This document shows positions 1 through 9,468 of a DNA stretch of 56,957 bases, piece after piece (the stretch's first letter is position 1; the number at the start of each line of letters is the position of its first letter). The translations under genes and the position numbers were made by a program. Location of the stretch: sequence record SRR20825019_616. One strand, given 5' to 3'. Below the pieces are notes generated by a model, which had not been told where the DNA came from, did not search any database, and saw nothing but the letters and a program-made list of their open reading frames with translations.

Positions 1-698
1 CCGGCGATGCACCAGCGCCGAACGAGATCGCCGTCGTTGGACGCCCGATTGCCTCTCATTTTCACCCGGTATTCCTCACCATCCCGTTTGAAGGTCCACA
101 AGTCGTAGGGAATGTCCTGCAACTGATAGAAAAGCCCGTTGTGACCCGTGAGGTCATGTGGATGGATGGGGGTACCCTGTTGGTTCAGGTAATCGGGTGT
201 TGCGCAGAGCAGTCGGGGGACATCACAGATTTTGAACCCGTACAGGTTGGCGTCACTGGGTGAGCCATACCGTAGGGCCATATCAACCGAATCCCGAAAA
301 AAGTCCACATTGCTGTCGGTGATCTGTACCCGCAAACTCAGCCCGGGGTGAGATGTCATCAATTGGTCGATCCAGGGCACGACGCGATTTCTACCCAGAT
401 CGGATGACACCGATAGCCGAATTTCTCCCGCCACTGTCTCTGTGCCAAAGCGAATATTCTGTCGGGCCTCATCCATCAGTGTCAGCGCCTGCCGGCATTG
501 GGGCAGGTATTTCTCCCCGGCGGCCGAGAGCCGCAACTGACGGGTAGAGCGGACAAACAGCTCTACCCCTAACTCATGCTCCACACGTTTTACGGCGGCG
601 CTCGCCGTCGCAGCGCGCATATCCAGGCTGGTGGCAGCCGCGGTGATGTTGCGGAATTCGGCCACTTTAAGCACAACGGTCAGATCGTCAAAGTTCAT
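1..698 (-). CDS. LysR-family transcriptional regulator (partial, runs off left edge)
   Basis: Manual translation from ATG at 698: MNFDDLTVVLKVAEFRNITAAATSLDMRAATASAAVKRVEHELGVELFVRSTRQLRLSAAGE, a LysR HTH followed by the substrate-binding domain; divergent from the ADH-like gene. Not in the ORF track. Confidence 0.9.
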   Translation of the reverse strand, partial: MNFDDLTVVLKVAEFRNITAAATSLDMRAATASAAVKRVEHELGVELFVRSTRQLRLSAAGEKYLPQCRQALTLMDEARQNIRFGTETVAGEIRLSVSSDLGRNRVVPWIDQLMTSHPGLSLRVQITDSNVDFFRDSVDMALRYGSPSDANLYGFKICDVPRLLCATPDYLNQQGTPIHPHDLTGHNGLFYQLQDIPYDLWTFKRDGEEYRVKMRGNRASNDGDLVRRWCIA

Positions 699-700
699 TT

Positions 701-715
701 TCAAATATTATTTGA
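701..715. promoter_or_regulatory. Palindrome TCAAATA-T-TATTTGA, probable LysR autoregulatory site
   Basis: Perfect 7-bp inverted repeat immediately upstream of the LysR start in the divergent intergenic region. Confidence 0.55.
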
Positions 716-799
716 TTATGTTTATGGGATTAGGCTGTTTTTCTTAGTGTAAAGAGGGATCACACTGTTGGCCACTACCAACTCACACTGGAGAGAAAC

Positions 800-1840
800 A
801 TGAAAGCGGTTGGATACACTGAATCTTTACCCATTGATGACCCTAAATCCCTTCAAGACGTGGAACTACCTCAGCCGGCGGCCGAGGGAAGGGACCTCTT
901 GGTTCGCGTCAGAGCCATCGGCGTCAATCCTGTTGATTTCAAAGTACGTCAACGGGCTGCAGCGGAGCCTGGTGAGACCAAGGTACTGGGCTGGGATGCC
1001 GTAGGGGAAGTCGTTGCAACGGGAGAGGCCGCATCATTGTTCGAGCCAGGCGACCAGGTTTACTACGCTGGCGATGTTACACGGCAGGGTAGCAATGCCG
1101 AGTATCAGATCGTGGACGAGCGCATTGTGGGCCGCAAACCCGCCAGCCTGAACGACGCAGAGGCGGCAGCACTGCCTCTGACCACTATAACCGCCTGGGA
1201 AATGCTCTTCGACCACCTGGGTCTTGAACAGCAGCCCCCAGAGGAAATAAGCCCAACCGACGACGTGATACTGGTGGTTGGCGCGGCCGGCGGTGTCGGC
1301 TCGATCCTGATTCAGTTGGCAAAAAAGCTGACCGGTGCCACCGTGGTGGCCACCGCATCCCGGCCCGAATCCCGGCAATGGGTTGAATCGCTAGGTGCGG
1401 ATTTCGTCGTGAATCACCGCGAGCCACTGCTGCCGCAAATCGAACAACTGGTGTCCGATGGCAAAATTGCCCCGATCACTCACGTGGCCAGCCTGAACGC
1501 CACCGACCAGTACTTCGATGATTATGTGGCAGCGCTGAGGCCGTTCGGCAGGATTGCCATGATTGACGACCCCGCGTCTCTGGACGTGATGAAAATCAAA
1601 CCGAAAAGCCTGTCCCTGCACATCGAATTCATGTTTGCCCGGTCCATGCACAACGCCGATGACATGCAGGTGCAGCACGAACTTCTTGAGACGGTAGCGA
1701 GTCTTGTGGATCAGGGCCACATTCGTACCACCGCAGGCAAAAATCTCGGGGTAATCAACGCTGACAACCTGCGTGCGGCGCATTCGGAGTTGGAGTCCGG
1801 TACGGCCGTGGGCAAAATAGTGCTGGAAGGGTTCGAGTAA
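800..1840 (+). CDS. Zinc-binding alcohol dehydrogenase-like / quinone oxidoreductase (MDR family)
   Basis: VNPVDFKVR, LGWDAVG, AAALPLTTITAWE, GAAGGVGS Rossmann motif; GGAG RBS. Confidence 0.9.
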   Translation: MKAVGYTESLPIDDPKSLQDVELPQPAAEGRDLLVRVRAIGVNPVDFKVRQRAAAEPGETKVLGWDAVGEVVATGEAASLFEPGDQVYYAGDVTRQGSNAEYQIVDERIVGRKPASLNDAEAAALPLTTITAWEMLFDHLGLEQQPPEEISPTDDVILVVGAAGGVGSILIQLAKKLTGATVVATASRPESRQWVESLGADFVVNHREPLLPQIEQLVSDGKIAPITHVASLNATDQYFDDYVAALRPFGRIAMIDDPASLDVMKIKPKSLSLHIEFMFARSMHNADDMQVQHELLETVASLVDQGHIRTTAGKNLGVINADNLRAAHSELESGTAVGKIVLEGFE

Positions 1841-2029
1841 CCGGTATTCTGGTTATAACGGCCTGCTTTATCGCCGCCGGCCACGATTTGGACACGGGCC
1901 TCGAGCAGCATGTTACGTTTTGGCCTTAAGCCTGTTTTAGATTAGTGACGACACGACGTAACACTTGAGCCTGAAGAGTTACTGGTAGTAAATGGGAAAA
2001 CAGATTTATGAAAACCTCAGGAGCTCAAC

Positions 2030-2599
2030 ATGGCGCACAAGTTTGCGGAAATCGCTTTTACCAGTACGGTTAAGCAGGTTCAGGAGGAAATGGGCAGTCG
2101 GACCGGTTACTCGTCCATTGAAACCGGACCAGACCGTAACAACCTGCTCAGGGATCGGGAACGGGTGTTTATCGAGGCCCGAGACAGCTTTTACATTGCC
2201 AGTGTCAGCGAAACCGGTTGGCCCTACATCCAGCATAGGGGCGGGCCAGCCGGATTTTTGAAGGTCATCGACCAGTCGACCATTGGTTTTGCGGACTACT
2301 CGGGCAACCGCCAGTACGTCACGACTGGCAACGTGCTTACCAATGACCGCGTTGCGTTGTTCCTGATGGACTACCCGAATCAGCGGAGACTAAAACTGCT
2401 TGGCAGGATGGCACTGGTTGGTCCTGAGCGACCATCAATTCTCGACCACTTACAGGACGAGAGCTATAAAGCCCAGATAGAGAGGGGCATGATCATTCGG
2501 GTCGAGGCCTTTGACTGGAACTGTCCGCAACACATTACCCCCCGTTACACACAGTCGGAGGTCGACGCCTTTATTGAGTCGATGGGTGATCAACGCTAA
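2030..2599 (+). CDS. Pyridoxamine 5'-phosphate oxidase-like FMN-binding protein
   Basis: SETGWPYIQHRGGPAGF, FADYSGNRQY, AFDWNCPQHITPR motifs; AGGAG RBS. Confidence 0.88.
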   Translation: MAHKFAEIAFTSTVKQVQEEMGSRTGYSSIETGPDRNNLLRDRERVFIEARDSFYIASVSETGWPYIQHRGGPAGFLKVIDQSTIGFADYSGNRQYVTTGNVLTNDRVALFLMDYPNQRRLKLLGRMALVGPERPSILDHLQDESYKAQIERGMIIRVEAFDWNCPQHITPRYTQSEVDAFIESMGDQR

Positions 2600-2676
2600 A
2601 ACAGCGCTAGAGGGATGGCTGCAAGGGCAGGGCCGGGAAATGCAGAAACTGGATCGAAGAGGGAGGGCTTTGTATC

Positions 2677-2709
2677 AAAAATGCACGGGCGGCCCCACCT
2701 GGACCGCCC
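2677..2709 (-). terminator. Intrinsic terminator after the small secreted ORF
   Basis: Minus strand GGGCGGTCC-AGGTG-GGGCCGCCC hairpin followed by GTGCATTTTT. Confidence 0.6.
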
Positions 2710-2726
2710 ATTGTCGTTTTGGACGG

Positions 2727-2870
2727 TTAGTTGCCAGTGCCCAGTTCGACAGTTTCAACTGCAGGATTATTGCCGCGCTCGATATCGCCCTGGCTAACAC
2801 CTTCGGCTTGCGCGAATGCAGAGAAAGCGAGTACAGAAAAAACGAGAAAGAACTTGTTGATTGCGTTCAT
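2727..2870 (-). CDS. Small (47 aa) secreted protein, not in ORF track
   Basis: MNAINKFFLVFSVLAFSAFAQAEGVSQGDIERGNNPAVETVELGTGN*; AAGGTGGA RBS, Sec signal peptide with AQA cleavage site, own terminator. Confidence 0.7.
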   Translation of the reverse strand: MNAINKFFLVFSVLAFSAFAQAEGVSQGDIERGNNPAVETVELGTGN

Positions 2871-3267
2871 GTGATATTCCACCTTCTATGAGAATTAGAT
2901 TAGACAACGTCGCCTCATTGGCTTGATTGGAATTCTCTCTGTTTCCCGGCTGCAGAAAAAATTGCCTCGCAATATACAGAACATCACACCCGATGATGGG
3001 TTCAGAGCCACCAAAGCCAGTAGGGCCCTGGGCGGCCGGCGAGGTGCGAATAAGTATTCCGGGGTCGTTAAATGCACCTACTGGGGTGAATTCCCCGCTT
3101 CGTGAGAAAACAGGTGCAGTAAGCCAACGATCAAGGTTTCGTGGTTATCGCATTCGCAGCAGGCTATTCAGAGGCTACACCAAAGGTGGATTCACACGGG
3201 CAAACCCCTCCTGCGTTCGATAAGGGTAATAGGGATAAGGCGGCGTCACCGATTTTTCAGGCATACA

Positions 3268-3301
3268 GCAACCTGGCCCCTGACGCAACCTGGCCCCTGA
3301 C
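3268..3301. repeat. Perfect 17-bp tandem duplication GCAACCTGGCCCCTGAC x2
   Basis: Copies at 3268-3284 and 3285-3301. Confidence 0.9.
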
Positions 3302-3443
3302 TTTCGATGGAGAGCAAACTGAACTCGCTCCACAGGGGAGTTTGTTAGTCAGCGATGGTGAAACCATGCGCAAAATGGCCATGGAGGGTGTCGGCCTCGC
3401 ACGTTTGACCCGTTTCCTGGTTGATGAAGACATCCGCCAGGGA
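3268..3443 (+). pseudogene. Fragment of a LysR substrate-binding domain
   Basis: WPLTFDGEQTELAPQGSLLVSDGETMRKMAMEGVGLARLTRFLVDEDIRQG resembles a CrgA-like LysR C-terminus; no HTH upstream; begins at a 17-bp tandem duplication. Confidence 0.6.
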
Positions 3444-3482
3444 ATCACCGTCGGATTAGGCCGAAGCATGTGCGTATGTCAT

Positions 3483-3509
3483 AAAAAAGGCTGCCCCTGT
3501 TGGGCAGCC
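3483..3509 (-). terminator. Intrinsic terminator of the rhodanese gene
   Basis: GGCTGCCC/GGGCAGCC stem with an A6 run on + (U-tract on minus). Confidence 0.75.
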
Positions 3510-3540
3510 CTTGAGATTCATCCTCCACTACTACAACCGG

Positions 3541-3867
3541 TCAAGCGGCACGTTTCCGGCTAAACCAGTCCTCGGTGCCGCCTTCATAGTCGTAGACTTC
3601 CGTAAAGCCGGCATCTTCCAGCTTCTTGGCAGCCTTGGGAGAAGCATCACATTCGAAGTTCGCGCAGTAGACAACAATTTTCCGGTCTTTGCTGCCGGTA
3701 ACTGCCTCGACCTGTTCCAAAAAGGACGGTTCCTCCACAGGAACACTGATGGATGTGCGGATATGTTCTCGGTTGAAGGCATCCCTCGGCAGGACATTGA
3801 TGAGCACAAAATCTTCGTGCTCGGTTTCGTTCATCTGTTTGAGGTCGTCACGGCTAATACTCTTCAT
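3541..3867 (-). CDS. Rhodanese-like domain protein
   Basis: LINVLPRDAFNREHI, IVVYCANFECDAS, GFTEVYDYEGGTEDW; AAGGAG RBS. Confidence 0.88.
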   Translation of the reverse strand: MKSISRDDLKQMNETEHEDFVLINVLPRDAFNREHIRTSISVPVEEPSFLEQVEAVTGSKDRKIVVYCANFECDASPKAAKKLEDAGFTEVYDYEGGTEDWFSRKRAA

Positions 3868-3939
3868 AGCGTTTCTCCTTCGTTAAGGAAATGGCTACCT
3901 CACTATCTAATGATGGTTTGAGACGCGATTTCAAGGTCG

Positions 3940-5097
3940 TTAGCGGCCATCCTCCCGATAGAAAGCACGGCTTTTCTCGTAAACGGCCGCCATATCAATC
4001 AGGACAAAGCCCAGCTCCGATTCATGCAGGAAGAAGGTGTAAGTCTCTTCTGAGGGAAGGCTCTGCCAATATTCAGGGATATTGCTTTCCCGTTGGTCGA
4101 TCGCAGGGTAATGCGAATGTTCAAAGTAGCCGGTTTCAGTGTTGTCGTAGGCAACGGACAGTGGTTCGGGGGATACCACCAACGCGTACCGCTGAAGACT
4201 GGGATAGGTAGCGGCGAAGGCGATGATACAGAGCAGGGCAGCAAGGCCGAAGCGCTCTGCTCGGGGAGCACCTTTACCCAGTTGAACCCCCAAAACACCG
4301 AGCAGCAGCGCGGTTGAAATGAATGGCCAAAGTGGCAAGTCACCAATCACGAGATAGTTGGTGAGCAGTACGTAGTCAACGAGAGCATAGGTGCCGAGCA
4401 CAGCCAGCAGAATTAGCTGCAGCACCATGCCTTTGTGTTTCAATAAGTTGAAATGGTTGGCCAATGGCCCGGTTCTATCAGTTTGGGTTGACGTAAAGTC
4501 CACGTTGCCGGTGATTCCAGACAGAGCTTTGACAAGAGGGGCCTCGGTAATGATGGATTCCAACCTCGCCTTGGGCTTCCCAAAGGCGCTGCCCATGCCG
4601 ATACGGTGATCCGGGTGGCCCTCTCTCAAAAAATGGTAGGGTTGCAGACGATAGGTCCGCCTGTCGGTAACGAGACTGAGTTTTGACTGCTGAAGTGCCT
4701 GAGCCATATTCCGGAATCCCGTAACGGCGGTCAGCTCAACTTTCCGGATCGCATTTAACGGAATGCGGTGGTCTCCGGTGGTGAATCCCATTAGCCCGAG
4801 GCCGGTCAACCGCGGGATGTGAATCGTCAGATTCTCGCTGTCCAGTTCCAGCCAGACCCGGCGATTAACAAACGCCACGACGCAACCCAGCAGCAGACAC
4901 AACGCAATTAGGTGCAGTTCGAAAGGCACGTTACCGTGTTCGTCCGGGTATAGTTGGCTGAAGTCCAGTTCACCGAGGTTGGGCAGTGCCAATAGCAGCA
5001 GACTTCCAAGCAAAATCGTCAGCAAGGCTCCGATTGTTGCAAACAGGTGGCTGGGTTTGAGAATGCTGGCAGAGTAACGAAAGCGCTGTTTACCCAT
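3940..5097 (-). CDS. Hypothetical membrane protein
   Basis: 385-aa ORF with about 5 hydrophobic segments; no family recognised. Confidence 0.7.
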   Translation of the reverse strand: MGKQRFRYSASILKPSHLFATIGALLTILLGSLLLLALPNLGELDFSQLYPDEHGNVPFELHLIALCLLLGCVVAFVNRRVWLELDSENLTIHIPRLTGLGLMGFTTGDHRIPLNAIRKVELTAVTGFRNMAQALQQSKLSLVTDRRTYRLQPYHFLREGHPDHRIGMGSAFGKPKARLESIITEAPLVKALSGITGNVDFTSTQTDRTGPLANHFNLLKHKGMVLQLILLAVLGTYALVDYVLLTNYLVIGDLPLWPFISTALLLGVLGVQLGKGAPRAERFGLAALLCIIAFAATYPSLQRYALVVSPEPLSVAYDNTETGYFEHSHYPAIDQRESNIPEYWQSLPSEETYTFFLHESELGFVLIDMAAVYEKSRAFYREDGR

Positions 5098-5167
5098 GGT
5101 TCAATGTCGTCCCTGAATCTGTATCCGTGAGTTAGAAGTGTATGATAGATAAAGAGGAGTCCCTATT

Positions 5168-6883
5168 ATGTTAACGCGACATCATTTGGAAATGCCTACA
5201 ACGGTCGCGACCCTCGACGATCTCGCACCGCTGGCAGACTATTCACTCATGGACACGCTCAACTGCGACCCTGAGGGGAAAGCAAACGGAGCTGATCACG
5301 CGCCAAGACAAGTCTTCTCGGGCCACTATGTTCCGGTTAGCCCCACGCCCATCGAAAACCCCGAATACGTCGCCCATGGGAAAAACCTGTTTCACGAACT
5401 GGGTTTCGCCGACAGCATGGCGCAGTCCAGCGACTTCATCCGTATGTTCTCCGGCGACTTGTCGCATGTTCCGGAGCCTCTGCGTAACGTGGGGTGGGCG
5501 TGTGGCTACGCACTTTCCATCTACGGCACCGAATTCTACCAACAATGCCCGTTCCAGACTGGCAATGGCTACGGCGACGGCCGCGCGATTTCCGTGCTCG
5601 AGGCTGTCATCAACAAGCAGCGCTGGGAAATGCAGTTAAAAGGGGCAGGGCGCACGCCCTACTGCCGCGGCGCAGACGGCCGGGCAGTTCTGCGTTCCAG
5701 TGTGCGGGAGTTCCTGGCCCAAGAGCATATGCACGCGCTGGGCGTGCCCACGTCACGGTCTCTGAGTCTGTACGTGTCGACAACCGAGAAAGTCAGGCGC
5801 CCCTGGTATTCGGAGGGTTCACGCTCGGTAGATCCCGATATTCTTGTATCCGAGCCAGTGGCCATCTCGACACGTGTTGCACCTTCGTTCATTCGGGTAG
5901 GGCAGCTGGAGCTCTTTAGTCGTCGTGCCCGCAAGCAGGAACACCCCCAGGCGATGGAGGAGCTCGAGAGGATCGTATTGCACCTGATTGATCGCGAGTA
6001 CGATGACGTTATCGATCGGTCGCGGACCACAGCTGAAAAAGTGGTGTCGCTCGCACATGAGTTCCGCAGACGACTGACCTCGCTTGTCGCCAACTGGATC
6101 CGTGTTGGCTACTGCCAGGGTAACTTCAACAGCGACAACTGTGCCGCGGGCGGCTTCACGCTCGACTATGGACCCTTCGGGTTCTGCGATGTGTTTGATC
6201 CGCAGTACCAGCCATGGACGGGCGGGGGAAATCACTTCGCGTTCCTCAACCAACCAGCAGCAGCCGAACGCAATTTCTACTCGTTCTGTTCGGCGGTTCG
6301 GCCTTTGTTGGCAGGGCATCCAGAGTGTCTACAGCAGCTGGAGGACATTCAAAGTGATTTCCCAAAGGTGATGCAGGCGCAAATGGAGACGATGTGGGCG
6401 GCCAAACTCGGACTCGACGCATTTGACGCGGCTTTATTCCGCGAGCTGGCAACACTGATGATGCAGACGCCTGTTGATTACACCATGTTCTTCCGGGAAC
6501 TCTCATCGTTGCCAGATGACATTGAGCCACTCAAGAAGAGCTTCTACAAAGGCCCGACCTATGCTGCAGATCCCGAAGGGCTAGACAAGCGTTGGTCTGC
6601 GTGGCTCACAAATTGGCAATCGCTCACTCAACACCGCTCCCGTGAAGAGCTTTCCAGTCAAATGAAGCGCGTCAACCCGAAGTACAGCTTGAGAGAGTGG
6701 TTTGTTGTACCCGCCTATCAGCAAGCGGCAGCGGGGAATTACGCTTTGCTGCGGGAACTGCAGGACGTGATGACGCAGCCGTACGCCGAGCAATCAGAGG
6801 CAGTAGAGAAAAAATACTACAGGCTGAAGCCGCTGGAGCTCTTTGAGGTTGGCGGTTGTTCGCATTACAGCTGCTCGTCGTGA
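5168..6883 (+). CDS. selO: Protein adenylyltransferase SelO/YdiU family
   Basis: [50 protein letters not shown]-terminal SCSS. Confidence 0.93.
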   Translation: MLTRHHLEMPTTVATLDDLAPLADYSLMDTLNCDPEGKANGADHAPRQVFSGHYVPVSPTPIENPEYVAHGKNLFHELGFADSMAQSSDFIRMFSGDLSHVPEPLRNVGWACGYALSIYGTEFYQQCPFQTGNGYGDGRAISVLEAVINKQRWEMQLKGAGRTPYCRGADGRAVLRSSVREFLAQEHMHALGVPTSRSLSLYVSTTEKVRRPWYSEGSRSVDPDILVSEPVAISTRVAPSFIRVGQLELFSRRARKQEHPQAMEELERIVLHLIDREYDDVIDRSRTTAEKVVSLAHEFRRRLTSLVANWIRVGYCQGNFNSDNCAAGGFTLDYGPFGFCDVFDPQYQPWTGGGNHFAFLNQPAAAERNFYSFCSAVRPLLAGHPECLQQLEDIQSDFPKVMQAQMETMWAAKLGLDAFDAALFRELATLMMQTPVDYTMFFRELSSLPDDIEPLKKSFYKGPTYAADPEGLDKRWSAWLTNWQSLTQHRSREELSSQMKRVNPKYSLREWFVVPAYQQAAAGNYALLRELQDVMTQPYAEQSEAVEKKYYRLKPLELFEVGGCSHYSCSS

Positions 6884-6909
6884 CGGGTTTCCGCGCAGCC
6901 GGAAATTTC

Positions 6910-7533
6910 TTAACTTCGCTGCATCGTTGATGTAAACGCAGCAGCGCCAAACATTGCCATGCCTCCCAGTCTATTGAGCCGTCTTCGGGCCGGGAGGCTT
7001 TGAATCTTATGGCGAACTGCCCCAGCGAAGAGCGCAAATGATGTAATAGATATCGAGACGACGCCCAAAAACGTCACCATTAATATGAGTAACTGTGGAA
7101 CAGCCGGTACTTCGGGATTAACAAACTGAGGAAAAAAAGCAACGAAAAAGACAATATCCTTTGGGTTCAGTGCTGTAACGAGAAAAGAGGACTTGAACAG
7201 GTTCGCTGATGACATCCCTGGAGCTGATAACGACGGCAGATCACGCTGAGGCACTTCGCGCCAGACCTTTATACCAAGGTAAACCAGATACCCAACCCCA
7301 AACCATTTTAGGATTAGGAAAAGCGTCGCTGAAGTCGCTAAAACAGCACCTAGACCAATCAAGGACAACGTCATTGCCACCAAGTCACCAATTAAAACGC
7401 CAAAAACCAGTGGAATAACAGATTTTTTCCCGTGACTGATAGACTGACCAAGCACCAAGATCACAGTTGGCCCGGGGATGATGGCAAAGATGAAGACCAC
7501 AGATACAAAGGTTATCCAGATCTCAAGAGTCAT
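6910..7533 (-). CDS. LysE/RhtB-family amino acid exporter
   Basis: IIPGP, LKWFGVGYLVYLG, TALNPK motifs; about 6 TM segments. Confidence 0.9.
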   Translation of the reverse strand: MTLEIWITFVSVVFIFAIIPGPTVILVLGQSISHGKKSVIPLVFGVLIGDLVAMTLSLIGLGAVLATSATLFLILKWFGVGYLVYLGIKVWREVPQRDLPSLSAPGMSSANLFKSSFLVTALNPKDIVFFVAFFPQFVNPEVPAVPQLLILMVTFLGVVSISITSFALFAGAVRHKIQSLPARRRLNRLGGMAMFGAAAFTSTMQRS

Positions 7534-7650
7534 AGCGTGTCCTTGTTTGGGGACCCGGCCTTTGGCCGGGTTCTTTTATGATGGTTATTATTCAGGACGC
7601 TTTACCGCAGAGAATCGTGACTAGATGCTTGCCCAGCAAGCATAACTCAT

Positions 7651-8451
7651 CTAAAGCTGTTTCAACTGGTCATTTGAAAAATGTGGGGAGACACAGGTTG
7701 CGGTTGGTGATTCTATATATCGACGATAAGCCTCGATACCGTTAGCGCTCTCTGTGTTACTTAATACGGCACCATTTCGAAGCATGACACTGACCTCCTG
7801 TTCATTTGTTACGATCTTAATGCTCACAGGCATGTATAGCTGATCAATCAGAGCCATTTGCGTAACTTTTCCCATTTGAACGACTTTTCCGGTTGATGAC
7901 CACAGCCTGAAGTTCTCCGGCATCCGGGTTATCCGGTCTATTTTCTGCTCTAGTTTGAATAGACTGGAGTTTACTACGGGTATTTCCCCTTTTGTCCAAG
8001 TGCTTATCGTAGGGTGGGCGTTGGGAGCTACAATGTTGTCGAAAGGGGCATGAGTCCAGGCAACCATTCTAAGGGTGGCAGGAAGGGTAAAGTAGTCGTT
8101 GAGTGACTCCATACAGCTAACCTCTGATTTTCCATTTTGAATTTCGTGGAAGCTCCAGCTTTCTATCAGACCTGCCTCAGTTTTTGTTCTTCGATGTATC
8201 AGCATGTTGTATCCGCGATGATGCACATCGTATAGAACGAAACCGGAAACAACAGAGCCACTCGAACGTTTCTGTATTAGTGTAAAATCAACATACTCAG
8301 TTGAACCGTTGAGTTGTGTTGCTATTTCTCCATCAGCAATGTACCAGTTCGTATCCGAGCGATTGGTTCCAGCGGTATTGATTTCAATCGATTGGCCGCA
8401 GCCTGCGATTCCGATACCTAATGCAACCACTAGCATGGCGAGGATCTTCAT
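7651..8451 (-). CDS. Hypothetical lipoprotein
   Basis: Likely start MKILAMLVVALGIGIAG-C at 8451 with AAGGAG RBS and lipobox; visibly AT-richer than neighbours. Confidence 0.65.
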   Translation of the reverse strand: MKILAMLVVALGIGIAGCGQSIEINTAGTNRSDTNWYIADGEIATQLNGSTEYVDFTLIQKRSSGSVVSGFVLYDVHHRGYNMLIHRRTKTEAGLIESWSFHEIQNGKSEVSCMESLNDYFTLPATLRMVAWTHAPFDNIVAPNAHPTISTWTKGEIPVVNSSLFKLEQKIDRITRMPENFRLWSSTGKVVQMGKVTQMALIDQLYMPVSIKIVTNEQEVSVMLRNGAVLSNTESANGIEAYRRYIESPTATCVSPHFSNDQLKQL

Positions 8452-8743
8452 AATTTGCTCCTTGAAAGCTTGGATTTCAAATATATGAATCGGAGCAGTA
8501 CGGAATCCATCTATTAATATACGACTGCTATTAACAAATGTTTGATGCAGCTGATTGGAGGGTTCGTTACGTTTGTTCTGGTGGTTCAACCGATCTTATT
8601 TTTGAGAACACAATTGTGGATGCTTACGCACCGAGATCTGAGGCGAGTGACGCGAATCAAAACTCTGTTGGAAGAGATTGGGGATAGAATTACCCTGAAT
8701 TGATCGGAGGTAAACAAATCTCTACCAAGGTTGAAGCACAAGT

Positions 8744-8771
8744 ACTGCGCATAATGTATATTTAGAGGTCT
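8744..8771 (+). other. Degenerate dif-like site (attL-like): intact XerC arm and spacer, decayed XerD arm
   Basis: ACTGCGCATAA-TGTATA-TTTAGAGGTCT; 20 bp (8743-8762) identical to 9468-9487. Confidence 0.85.
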
Positions 8772-8792
8772 GTTTTTAAAGGGGTTTTCGGG

Positions 8793-8984
8793 TCACACCC
8801 TGTGCGAAATATCGATCCCAAAAGTCGACAGTAGTTCCCGTTTATGGCGGTAGTAGGTTTCGCGGGACATCAGGAAGTAGGGGTTGTATCCCATCAGCCA
8901 AGTGACATAGGTTCCCCGCAATTTGACCGGCAAACGCAGGAAGGTGAGTTGCTGATCTTTGGTCATTGAGAAATGGGCAGGCAT
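8793..8984 (-). CDS. Filamentous phage/plasmid replication protein gene II/X C-terminal-like peptide (fragment or small gene)
   Basis: LPVKLRGTYVTWLMGYNPYFLMSRETYYRHKRELLSTFGIDI resembles the C-terminal signature of gene II/X-family Reps; no nicking domain; start uncertain (ATG 8984 or 8966; track ORF extends to 9107). Confidence 0.65.
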   Translation of the reverse strand: MPAHFSMTKDQQLTFLRLPVKLRGTYVTWLMGYNPYFLMSRETYYRHKRELLSTFGIDISHRV

Positions 8985-9235
8985 GGCTCTGTCGTCAGTG
9001 GGAATCCCGCCACGGCGTTTAATCGCCGTCCAGAGAAGGCCTACAGTGGAATCAACCCGGCAAGGCCGGGTTCGATATTCCCCCAGGTGAAGAATTCGCC
9101 TGGGCATACCAAGCAGGCTTTAAGAATGAGAAATCCCACATCATCGGCGTTGGCGCACCTAGTGGGATCGGGATCTCAAAATGGACTACAGGAGAAGTTT
9201 ACACCGAAATCTCAGGTACGGAAGTTGGCAGATGG

Positions 9236-9260
9236 ACCCCCTTGCTCTAATAGGGGGGGT
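9236..9260 (+). other. Putative Rep_trans-type rolling-circle double-strand origin hairpin
   Basis: ACCCCCTTGCTCTAATAGGGGGGGT: C-run/G-run stem with CTCTAATA loop, like pT181 dso and ICEBs1/Tn916 oriT nick hairpins. Confidence 0.65.
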
Positions 9261-9468
9261 ACAAACTCCAAAATCGGGTAACCCCCTCGAATTTCAGTTC
9301 AATGAGAGAGCCCGAAAACCCCGCAAAGCCACGTATCACAAGGGTTACAGGCGAACTCATGGTGTAATGGACTGCTTTTGAGCCAGTGGCTAAACAAGGG
9401 GGGCACCCGCGTGCGGGGGGTTCCTTGTTGCCAGAACGTCCCTAAATCGACCTAAAGTCACACCCCAT

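Noticed and set aside
6860-6900. SelO as a selenoprotein via TGA read-through
   Set aside because: The protein already ends in the Cys-type SCSS terminus and the TGA follows it as a normal stop.
8973-9381. Plus-strand ORFs inside the dif element as Rep or XafT
   Set aside because: They are short, have no recognisable motifs and run across the origin hairpin.
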